DNA from: Oculina patagonica
Lineage: Eukaryota
Direction: 5' to 3'
NCBI RefSeq assembly: GCF_052425735.1
Contig: NC_135762.1
Span: 5,952,001-6,016,000 of the forward strand
Length of the DNA: 64,000 nucleotides
Shown here: one piece after another, positions 36,601 to 47,500 of the stretch
Layout of the letters: each line of letters opens with the position of its first letter
How positions within the stretch are numbered: the first letter of the stretch is position 1
Notes under the pieces: model-generated
Database searches by the model: none
What the model was told of the DNA's origin: nothing
The model's input: the letters and a program-made list of their open reading frames with translations, nothing else
Translations under genes and position numbers: made by a program

Positions 36601-38657
36601 TGCCCAACGGTACCGTGTGCACATTTCTGTTTGTAATGCCAAGACCATGTAGTATCCAGCATGAGGAAAGAGAACGTTTGTCTCACTTTGATTACAAACT
36701 GTTCTATGCCTAATTTAATTTGGTTTTACATGTTAAGCATAGTGGAAGGCCCTGTGTGGTCATAACTTCGTAAGGTAAAATGTCTGGAATTTAAGTGTTA
36801 TTCTAAAACACTTTGTTCTCATATTTTAAGAAATAATGCAACTGTAGCATATTTGTTTGTTAAAAACACATGCTAAAGCATGTTGTTAAGAACACTTAAA
36901 CGTTTAAACTTTAGGCCCCGTTTACACGGGTCCGGACAAATTTTTGCACGGACAAAAACTTGCACGGTTCCACCTTGCGTTTACACGGGACCGGCGGAAC
37001 TGGACGAATTTTTGAACGGCAAAGTGTGCAAGTTTGGGACCTGAAAAAAGCAGGTCAAATTTTTGACCGGCACGGTTCCATATTTCGTACGGACTCGTGT
37101 AAACACCCGAACCGTGCAACTTTTTGCACAGATAGCGCGGTTAAGGCCTGGAATCTAGTTATATTTTGCCTGGTTGCTTAGCAAAAATGAAACACTTTGT
37201 TGCATTATGCCCCTATTTTGTTACATTTTGTTTTAAAAATTTAAAAATTTGAGGCAAAAGAAACCCAGAAAGCAGTTCACAGATATGAGAAGACGAGCGG
37301 CGGTACGTCGGGGGAATTTCTCCTTGTCGTTATGAGGGTACTTTTCCAAAAACATTTTGGTAACGTCTTCGTACTTGCTCCTGACCGTTTCCCAATCAAC
37401 TCCTTCCCCTGCTTTTCTTGCTTTGTAGTCTATAACTACATTAAGCAACAAATTAATTTCTTCATCAGACCACTTAAAGTTCTTGTCTGCCGCTTCTGCC
37501 GCCATGTTTGATTTGCCGCGTGCTGCATTAGCTGCAACATGATTAGCTTAAAATATTAGCGATAACCAATCACAACAGAGACGTAAAAAAGCCATTCAAA
37601 TGCCGCGACTGGTCTAAAATTTGCACGGTTCCGTGTAAACACCACTGTAATCTGTAACAAAATTTGCACGGATCCATGTAAACAGGCGGTCCAGGTACAA
37701 AATTCGTCCGTGCAAAAATTTGTCCGGACCCGTGTAAACGGGGCCTTAGATTATCATCTAGACTTTGGGTTCATTTTGTGATCTAATATTTTAGTCACAT
37801 CTAGTTTAAAATATGTTCTTTTTATTCCACCTCTGTCTATAGAACCTCAGCTACACATCACTGAGAAACTCATTCAGCATAACCCCTCAGTGTAATCTAG
37901 TGTTTAAAGCCACAAGTGTTGAAGGGAACAGCAGCTTCTTTGTTACAATTGTGTTAACTCAGTCATCCAACCAAACTGTGATGTATGCAAGTACTGCTAT
38001 CAAAGAGGTAAGATTTATACTGTCTTACTGCCTTGTTGTAGCTATCAGATTTAAGTTAAAAGCAGATAAATTTATTGTTTTCTTATTTCAGAATCCAACT
38101 TTGCATATGAATCTAAATGTGATCCCAAATATCATGAATGGTAAGTAACCACAAAGGGTGTCAGCAGGCTGTTAGATGCTGTCAAAGTAATCAGAGACAT
38201 TTCATTTACCAGTACCTTAATCTTGTCCATTTTGGTTTCATTATTTCTAAAGACATAAGAGCTAATTAAGCTACCATTCCAGTAACAAAGAATCAGGGTA
38301 TGATGAATAAATTGGGCAAAGATGTTAACCAGCCAGTGATGCTGTCTGATTAGCATCCTTGTTGCATTTCTACGAAGCTGAAATACCATCATTTGTTTCA
38401 ATTGAAAAATTGTTCCAGGAAATAATAAAATAAAAAAACACCTCAAAGATGAGTTGTGCCTTAAGTCCCTCAAGCACTGAGCGTTCACTGACTTTTCTTT
38501 AGTGGTCAGGCATGTACATGAAGTCTCAGCTGAGCCTAACAGTTCATTTTTATTTTTTTCAGAAGGGTGTCAGAAGTCGGAGGTGGTGAATACCACTATG
38601 GCAAACCATGGAGAACAGAGAGAAGATGTCTTTACCAACTGCATTATTCAGTTGTAG
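33642..38657 (+). CDS. TNF-receptor-superfamily protein A: signal peptide, duplicated TNFR cysteine-rich ectodomain, TM, ZU5, UPA; no death domain
   Basis: Exons 33642-33686, 33913-35050, 35338-35909, 36466-36609, 37843-38007, 38092-38140, 38563-38657 in phase. Signal MRIWQIGKCIFICFMVNQAFA; CRD motifs CPICPPGSG..PCG, CKPCSTC, C...SDTRC; TM ASGAFLIMFLLAISFFV; ZU5 LSPII..PLEVQIPH..DHLSTFAVVG; UPA KRMKVMAF..VRLYCFDD. Confidence 0.85.
36914..37745 (-). mobile_element. PIF/Harbinger deletion derivative retaining a Myb/SANT-like ORF fragment
   Basis: About 40-bp TIRs GGCCCCGTTTACACGGGTCCGGACAAATTTTTGCACGGAC; TTA TSD on both sides; ORF 37505-37233 FKWSDEEINLLL...VDWETVRSKY is a Myb/SANT-like N-terminus. 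Confidence 0.85.
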
Positions 38658-39198
38658 TTTTATCATAATTACCTTGTAGTGTAATAAACAGTAAACAAAT
38701 AGTAACCTTTCTAGCTCTGGAATTATCTGTTTCAAGAAAATAACCAGTAAACTATTACCTTCAAGGAGCAGGTTAAATTCATGGACATGGGGATGAATTT
38801 TAATATTATAATGCCATATTCCATTAAGCTCATTTTATTTGGCACTGTGGGTGTAAATCCAGTAAATTACCTAACATTTCAGAACCTGTTAGGCTAAAAT
38901 TTTATTTTTAAGCACCCTATACATAAGAACCATTTTAGGCTAAAATTCTAAAACAGGTTCTTATTTTCAAAAAAAGAAAAAATAATCTTCTCAAAAATAT
39001 AGTATTATCATGTTATGTTGTTTTGTATACAAGATTTATTGGGAATCATAGTGAAGGTTACAGTATAGGTTTGATTCTAACAGAATCAGATTAAAATAGT
39101 ATAGTATTTTGCTTACCGAAGCCTCCAAGAATACTGTTATTGGACATTTAAGACCAGATCATTTAAAAATTCTACTTTATTCCTTGAACAAAAGTTAA

Positions 39199-39830
39199 GG
39201 TGATTCCACTGAAATAAAAGGAGTATTAAAAATTTTCTGAAACTTGGTCCAGGTTACAATTATGTTATGAGCATTAAAAAAATGAAATAAAAAATGGGGG
39301 TCACCGTGCTAGTTTTTGTGTAAAATGGATGGGCATTATAGTAAATATACGACCCGCGAGGAAGATATTGGGAACCCTAGTAATTCGAATGGGGAACTAT
39401 TGTTTCTAGAAAAAAATCATTTTTGCATTAAAGTATTAGTCTATTTCAACAAAATAGGCCTTGATCTTATATTATTGTACAGGAATTAAGATAACGAAAG
39501 AAATTAAAGATTTTGCTTTGTGCGCACGTTAACGGCACTACCTAAAAACGTTTTTTTTACGGCATTAAAATTAAAATATCTCAATGTAGAATTTTAAACT
39601 TTTCTTTAAATCGCGTTATATTGTAGACAACCGTATGACATTTAAATTAATGCATTAAAAAACGGGGGTCACCGTGCTCGTTTAAGAGAAAACGACCATT
39701 TCTTTCCCTACCGAGCGTAGGCTGAAGGGAATCTCGTAGTGTTCTGTGTGCGCGCGCGCTCGTGCGCGCGCTAAATGACGCGAAAACGTATGCGCAGCAA
39801 GGATGCGCAATGCAATTCCGTGGAATCACC
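39199..39830. mobile_element. TTAA-targeting non-autonomous DNA transposon (Kolobok-like)
   Basis: TTAA|GGTGATTCCAC ... GTGGAATCACC|TTAA. Confidence 0.7.
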
Positions 39831-40201
39831 TTAAGAACCTAATTAAGAACCTAGTGAGCCTAATTTTACACTAAATACCTTTTATATAAGAACCTGTTTA
39901 GGCTAACTTGAAAAAACCTAGGTTCTCATATGCGGGTTAATAACTGCTTTTCTAAAGAAAAGTTTTAATTATTTTTTTTGTCATTGTCTGTCAGGCCACC
40001 AGGCCACCAGGCCACCAGCTTTTTATCAGTGGGAAGGAACTTTATTCACAAGATTTGTGTACAATCAAATGACATTGTGCTAAAATCAATTGAGGCAATA
40101 CCACTATAAGAGCAACAAAGTTATACAAAACTTAAATTGGAGTTCTTAATTGCTTAACAATGAACACTGACATAACAAAAAGACACAACAAATGGTATTG
40201 A

Positions 40202-43200
40202 TTATTTTTTGCCGTTTTCATACAGTTGCAAACGTTTTTTTACCAAAATCTTTGCAGCCTCTTGATTTTCACGTGATTTCTGCAAAATTGATATGAAAAT
40301 ATCCAAAATGTTCCCTTTCTTTGGAATAACCATAAGAAGCTGGTCAACACGATCTGCTGGACGTGGAAAAGATCTGATAAATGCTTTATCATCAGCAGTT
40401 AAGATGTTGTACTGATAAAGGAAGAAACAGATGGATGAAAGATCACCAATACTTTCAATCAGATCCACATGACAGCTCTGTAAAGTATCTCTGTCCAGTT
40501 TTGGCATCGCTGTTACTATCATTTGAAAAAAAAAGGAACAGCTGATAATTAACTTCTAATTGATTTTGTTTCCAGTTTACAATGATTCAACACAATCATG
40601 CACATAATGATAGAAGTAAAACACTGTAAAAGCACTTTTTTGCAGTAAATAATCTGTAAAATTGAATAAATAAATTTAAAGGTGGCTCTCTGTGATTTGG
40701 ACCATTTTTAAATGTGACCACAGCTAGCCCATTTATTTTGTCGTTACTGTACACTCTATTTCTTACATGGGAAAACGAGCTGATAATGATGGTGTACACT
40801 GACATCATTGAATAGCCAATCAATCAGTCAGGTATAGCCATGCACAGCACAGCACATCACATGGTTCTAGATTATGGGTAGGGGAGACGTTATTAGTAAT
40901 GACATTTTTTTACACTATTACTACATGTACCATATACAATTCATTTAAATTGCAAAACACATATAAGCTGTAAAGAAGTGATAAAAAGGTTCAATAACTA
41001 TACAGTAATGCATAACAATTAATTGGCAAAACACCTTTTATCTTATAACAGTACATTTTTTACCTGAGAAGTATTGCCACAAAGAGTGAATAACTGGCGT
41101 ATGAGACTAAAAGTGAATAAACAATAACAAGCGTTTAGTCCAGAATAACGTTATCTTCATTATTTAAATGGGTGGCATATGTGGCATACTGTAATTATAT
41201 CTATGTAATAAATGCCTGTTACACAGGTCCAAACTGTATGATACTTTATGTGTTATAAATAAAGTGTAGTCAAAAATTGCAACTGAAAAAAATGTATCGA
41301 AATTGTTTCAGTGTTTGTCTTGAAAAGAGCCTTACTGGAACAGTTCAAAGAACACAAACCATACCTTGGTGGGAATAATAATGAGAAGCTTTGCATTTCC
41401 AGTCAACAGGGTCATCCTCACTCTGTCTTCCTGAAGTGCGTTTTGCTCCCCGCTGTATTTAATGGAAAGCTTGACAGAAGCACCAGGGAAAACTCTTTCT
41501 TCACTTCTAGCCAAGATGTGTTGAACATCAAACGTCGACACCTAACATGTGACAAATGTTAACTTTTAAAAATGTAGCAGGTTCTAATCGATTGTTATTT
41601 TTTTCAACATACCAAAAATAAAGTACAGTATTACAGATCTTTTTAACTGGTAGATTCTTTAACAATTAAGAGACAGGCGCATTTCTTAAGGCATACTGTT
41701 CCGGATTTTCCTATCGAATGTTTACTACTTACATTTGCATTTGTAACTTGTCACAGATTTAATACAAGTTGATTCGTATTTTCTGAAAGTGTCAGTAGTG
41801 AGAATAGAGCTTTTAAAATTATACAGTGAGTTGATCTTTGACGCAATGTACTTTACACTTATTTGAAACCTATGCTAACACTAAATTAAATCAACAGAAA
41901 TATACGTACGCCAGCTGGGCTGATTACGGAAAAGCTTTCCCCGTGATCCATCTCAAATCTTACTGTTAACACATCCTTGATGGCCAGTTGGAGATGATGC
42001 GACACAAACACGGATCCGTTTTCTTCAATCACTACCGCGATTTCGGTTCCCTCATAAGCAGCAGCCTCTTCTTGGCTTATTTTAGCAAATACCTAAAGCA
42101 AGGGATCAATTTTGTTTTCAAATTGACTACATACTTAAATTTGTAAGTGTATCTAGTATATACTTATTTATAAGCGCTCAACGGAGTCAATTGGGTTAAA
42201 GTAAGCGATATTAGGGCTTTCCACAAGTTGCTCGGCAACTTTTTGGCAACTTTTCAGGATTCGAGCAACTTTTTCCCCTTCGAGCAACTTTTTTCCACTC
42301 GAGCAACTTGTTGCATTTTGGGCAAATTACAGACCGAAGATCTCCGAAGGTTATCCGAGCGTTGTTCACAGGCAATACGAACTTTTCCGAAGATTTACGA
42401 AGTTTGCCGAAGACTTTCCGAGGAACATCGAAGTACGTTTCAACTTTCTGCTCTTTCTGGTCCTCTTTCTGCATTAAAACATTACAAACTCGTCAGCAAA
42501 CATGACGTCATCGACTTCACGATTTTTCTCAGTTAAAGAAATCCTTGTTATTTAACAAATTTTCCCCTTAATATGTTATTAAGATACTCCTTTTGCTGAA
42601 AAATTGCACAAAACTGCTTAGACATCTTACCCTCAAAGGGAAACTAGCATATATTTAGAGAAATTATCTTGATTAGAAGCAACGTTTTGGATTTTTTGGA
42701 GCAACTTTCAAACAACTTTTATTATTAAAAGCAACTTTTTCGGATTTTTGGAGCAACTTTTGAGCAATTTTTTGAGAAATTACGGGCAACTTTTTGAGAA
42801 ATCTCGAGCAACTTGTGGAAAGCCCTAAGCGATATCGTCTTGTTTTCCTATCCTGTGAATTAACTAACATACAATCTGCAAGGTCATAGATTTTTTTTCC
42901 CAATATACACATTATAAAAAGCAACAGCTTACCAAGTGAAACCTTTCACATGGAATGAAGTAGATGGTGAAACTCGGTTCCTTTCTTGAGAGAATGCCCC
43001 TCTTGAAGACCGCCAAACGGACTTCGAGACATTCGTGGCTTGATTTCAACTTATCTAAAGAAATAAACAATGGAAGAATGAAGATAGAATATGTATTGAA
43101 AAAAGAAACAGCAGACGGGTCTCACTTCATCCTCGGGTAAACGGTTTTGCGAGTAACGAAGTGGCAAAAGGTATTACTTGAATCAGTTAATCAAGAATAC

Positions 43201-43732
43201 AATATTCTAGCGGGGAATTGATGAAGCTTTTTCAACAATGTTTAGAGTACGTACCACAAGTTCGGCAATTATCGGGTTCTCCATTTTCGTCATGTCCTTC
43301 AGTAGGCGTTTTTGAAAGTTTACTCCAGAGGCTTTGAACTTGTCCCAAAGATGTGGGGCATCCAATAGCTAAACTCTCTCCAACGCCCTCTTGTAGCGGT
43401 AGACCTGAAGTGGTATTTTCTGTCGACAAATGTTGCATAGAGGTCGTGATCAACTGCATGGAAGGGTCGTTTGGTGGAATTCCCTCTTGGCTGTCTGGGT
43501 TCATTCCTTCCGTATCGTCTTGAGGAGGATGGTACCCCTCGCGATGGTCGCTACTTCGAATAACTTGTGAATGATGCGAGTTGTTACTGTTCGTGGACAG
43601 ATTCCCGTTACATATTGGGCACGAAATGTTAACAAAGCCTCTGGAAGGTATTTGGACGACTCCACAGTTGGCGCAATCTGCCTCGACCGCTCTTCCGTAA
43701 TTGCCAAAGCCAGCTGTGTTGTCGTCCATCAT
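40202..43732 (-). CDS. Cytosolic adaptor B: Zn-ribbon (CxxC-x14-CxxC), disordered linker, UPA-like domain, C-terminal CARD
   Basis: Exons 43732-43255, 43054-42933, 42092-41910, 41541-41365, 41106-41064, 40509-40202, phases 1,0,0,0,1. The last exon (LQSCHVDLIESIGDLSSICFFLYQYNILTADDKAFIRSFPRPADRVDQLLMVIPKKGNILDIFISILQKS) has a six-helix CARD pattern. Confidence 0.8.
42212..42827. mobile_element. hAT MITE in intron 2 of adaptor B
   Basis: TIR TAGGGCTTTCCACAAGTTGCTCG; perfect 8-bp TSD AGCGATAT (42204-42211, 42828-42835); subterminal GCAACTT arrays. Confidence 0.9.
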
Positions 43733-44557
43733 TACTGAATGCTTTACAAGAGTGAAACGGAACAAGGGAAATGAATACACTCCCCGAAACTTACTCCTTC
43801 ACTCCCCATGATTAAACTGATGAATATTTTTGGCGATGAAAAGAATTTATTTCGCTTTGCTGAAAAACCACCTTTCAGCTCCGCCAATGACAATCGAGAG
43901 ATAAGTCATTCTGTGATATGATTGGTTAACTAGAGACATGAGTGGTTGGGGGATTCCCCAACTTCTGGAGTCCTGTCATAGAAATAGTCGCGCTTTCATT
44001 TGTGTGCTCCATCCCACGTCTTGCTCCCTGGAACATGCGTCGAATGCTTTAATCTACAGATTTTTCATCGTAAGTAGAACAAAATTTCTTACATTTTATC
44101 CTAGAAGCCTGCTTAAAGAACGTGCGACTGACTGCATCTGGAATCTGCAGTAATAACCTGATCTCCGGAAATGTCAAATGAACGCCACGTTTTCAAACAG
44201 ACTCATCTAGAAGAAAAAAATGTTGTCTTTTATGTAGTTAAAAAATTATCGCTTCTGCTGTCGTTAAAGCAATTTAACATAAAACAGTTTGTCAAAATGT
44301 TCAAAGGAAGCAGTTAAGATTTGAACCATGCATGCTTCCCTGTAAACAGTTTTCGAGGCGAGGAAGTAAAGCGAGGATATTTGTGCTGAGTAATCAACTT
44401 CTAAAACAATGACGTCTGCTGAAAACTCGATTCGTCAGCACATTTTGGGCGCTTATTTATCCAACGATGCTTAGTGTGCATTCTTATCATAATTGTGATT
44501 TGCAAGTTGCTTTAGTCAAGATCGTAATTTTTTGCAGGGCCTGGATGTGTGGAGATC
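43733..44557. promoter_or_regulatory. Divergent promoter/5'UTR region of pair 2 with a kappaB site
   Basis: CCAAT near 43884, ATTGG at 43921, palindromic kappaB site GGGGATTCCCC 43949-43959. Probable non-coding first exon of receptor B ending at GTAAGT near 44070. Confidence 0.6.
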
Positions 44558-47500
44558 ATGGCCAAGTTGACGGTGCTTCTCGTCCTACTAACGTTATTCG
44601 TAAGTATTTCCGCTTGTGTAGTCTTACCGGGAATGTTCATGGCCAAAATGTCATTTTCAATACAAATTTAAGAATTTTTTAGATAGGGAATCTGCTTAGA
44701 AATTCGGTAAAGATGAAGCAAAAACGATTACAGGGAGTATAACCATGTTTTTGGTACTTGTTGCTGAGTTAGGGCCAGCTCTATGGCAACCAGTTCAACA
44801 ACTACACAAATTATAATACACTGAACAGTGAAAACAATCAAGAAAAGTGGAACAACAAAAAGCCTAAATGATACTCACTCTTGCCTCTTGACAAAGCATG
44901 AACCGAGTATCAAAAAACACTTATCCCTGTGGTAAACATCTTCCAAAGGTTTTTAGTCTAACAGTTACATGTATATTACAGATTTTTAGTATACAATCTT
45001 TATTTCTTTCCCACTAGCTATCCTGTGCATGTGTGTATTCACTGAGGTGCAGGTTCAACCAGTTCACAGTTGAAAACGTGTTGGGCAATTTGTCTTGTAT
45101 TGACTGCCCTGCTTGTATGCCTGGATATGGTTTGAGTCCACAATGTGGTAATTATGTAAAATATGGTACAAAAATTGAGTGCAAACCATGCAAACTGGGG
45201 ATGACATACTCTGCTACACATAACATTGAATCATGTCGCCCATGTGGAATTTGTTCAGACCATCAAAAAGTGATAAGGAACTGTACTTTGGAATCTAATT
45301 CAAAGTGTAATCACAGCTGTAGCAAAGGGTTCTATTATGAGGAAGTGACAGGTGACTGTAAAGCCTGTTCATTCTGCTGCAGTGATGGGAGAAATACTGT
45401 GAAAGATGACTGCAAGGATATGCCATTTTATAAACAGTGTGATGCCAATGAGATCATGATCAACTGTCAGCCTAAATGTCAAGACGATCAATACCTAGTT
45501 GTAACCAAAAAAGGTGCAGTGCCATATTGCAAAAACTGTAAAAACTGCCCACCGGGATCTTCACTCTCTCCACATTGTGGAAGTATTGTAGAAAACATCA
45601 ATGACATCAAATGCGTAGAGTGTATTGAAGGCAAGACATTTTTAGAAAAGCCAGGAAACCAACCCTGCAGACCATGTTCTTCATGTTCAGTTGGACAGAA
45701 AGAACTGAGACCTTGCAATCTGACCCATGACAGGGTTTGTGGCAGATGTGAGAAAGGTTTTTATAATGCAACCGGCAATGAATGCAAACCATGTTCAGCC
45801 TGCTGTAACGATGAAAATGATGTACGTATTCCTGAATGTGTTAAACAGAATATGCCAAGAAACAAACAGTGTATTTTAACCCAGCGAGCCATCAATGTGT
45901 GCCAACAGAATAATGCTCAGCATGGCGGCAGTATAATCCAAGCAAAATCTCCTGGTCTAATCATAGCAATGTCCATAATAGCAATAGGATGCTTCACCGC
46001 ACTTACAGTAATGGTGTTCTGGAAGTACTTGAAGTACCGCAAGTATAAGGGGCTGCCAAGAAGCCAGTCATTAGCTGAGTTATTGCCATCATCACTGGAA
46101 GGTGAGGTTTTTATTTTCGACACCTTATTTTAATCAACATCACATAATACTTAATGCACTATTAATAGTTACTTAATCCAGCCTGTTTTATTCCTGGTTT
46201 TTAGTCAAGCCACAAAAGAGAATTAACTTTTAATTGTTGACACTAGCCCCTTATGTAATTATTCTGTTTTCTAACCAAAACAGTGCCAAGAAATTATTAA
46301 TGGAGCTAATTGCTAAGACCTCCTGACAATATCATATGAAATAGATATGTCCAATCTGAACTTTTAATAATATTGTTATAATTAATGGTATAATGATAAA
46401 AAACAATAATAAGAATCTCAGAACAAAATCTCTCACTCAGAAATTATTATAAAGAATCCACAAGCACTCTGCAATTACCCTTTCAAAGATGGTTTACATG
46501 AAAGATAAAGGATTACCTAATATATCTTGTAAGAGCTATAAATTGTTTTTGAATGAAATTAGTGTTATTTCTTTTATACTGCCTATTAAATCCCCAACCT
46601 CCCCACTACAAAGCAATGATACTAAAGAAACTTAAAAACCTTTCCACTTTTATTCTCCTTAGAACCACAAACTGAAAGTCACTCGACAACACTGGAAGTT
46701 GCTATAGCTCATGGCTCACAAGAGTCTTTGGCTTTTGAAAAATCAGGTGTATTAGTCCAGTTCAGTGATGGACAAAGTTTCTTTAATGATGCCCAAGGAG
46801 TTAGACTAGAAATATGCTGGGTCAACAATTTTGTCAAGACACTTCAACCTGGTGAAGTACAGCTTAGTCCAATAATAAAATTTCACCCTTATGAATTGCA
46901 ATTAAGCAAACCAGCACAGGTCAAAATACCGCACAGTGCCTTGGTTTTTTACAGTAATGGCTGGGATGTCAAACTCAAAAGCTCTACATTACATGGAGAA
47001 AAGATTGTGTGGAAAAATGAAGAACAATATGAAGTTCACAACAATGAAGTTAGCTTTCATGCTGACTACCTTCTTTCTTATGTTGTGGTTGGTGCATCAC
47101 TTTGCAATGACAAACCAACAAAGAAGCGTTTGCAGTGTGCAGTCTTTGGAGGAGAGGGCAGAGTTGGTGCAAACTATACAGCATATTTATATATCTTTGA
47201 TGACTGTGAGGCATCACTAGAGGTACTTTTCAGATAGATTGTGTGGTTCACAGAAAATTTCCATACTCACCCTGCAGTACTGAGGGATTGGAAATTTCTT
47301 GGGGTCGGAAGGGTTTCCAAGGCCAAAAACTTAAAGGAAAAACCTTGGTAGGGGAGCGTATTGGAAATTTATGGGACAACTTATGTACTGCAGCTGGAGA
47401 TTGGTTACCCCCCCGGTATAATACAAAAACTATTATTGCTATGGTAGTCATGGATGCATGTTGTTAGGTGTATATAAGGGAGTGTGTTAGACAGTTCCTG

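Noticed and set aside
41064-41093. 30-nt version of adaptor B exon 5
   Set aside because: It puts the CARD out of frame; the upstream acceptor at 41106 gives 43 nt, matching the paralog.
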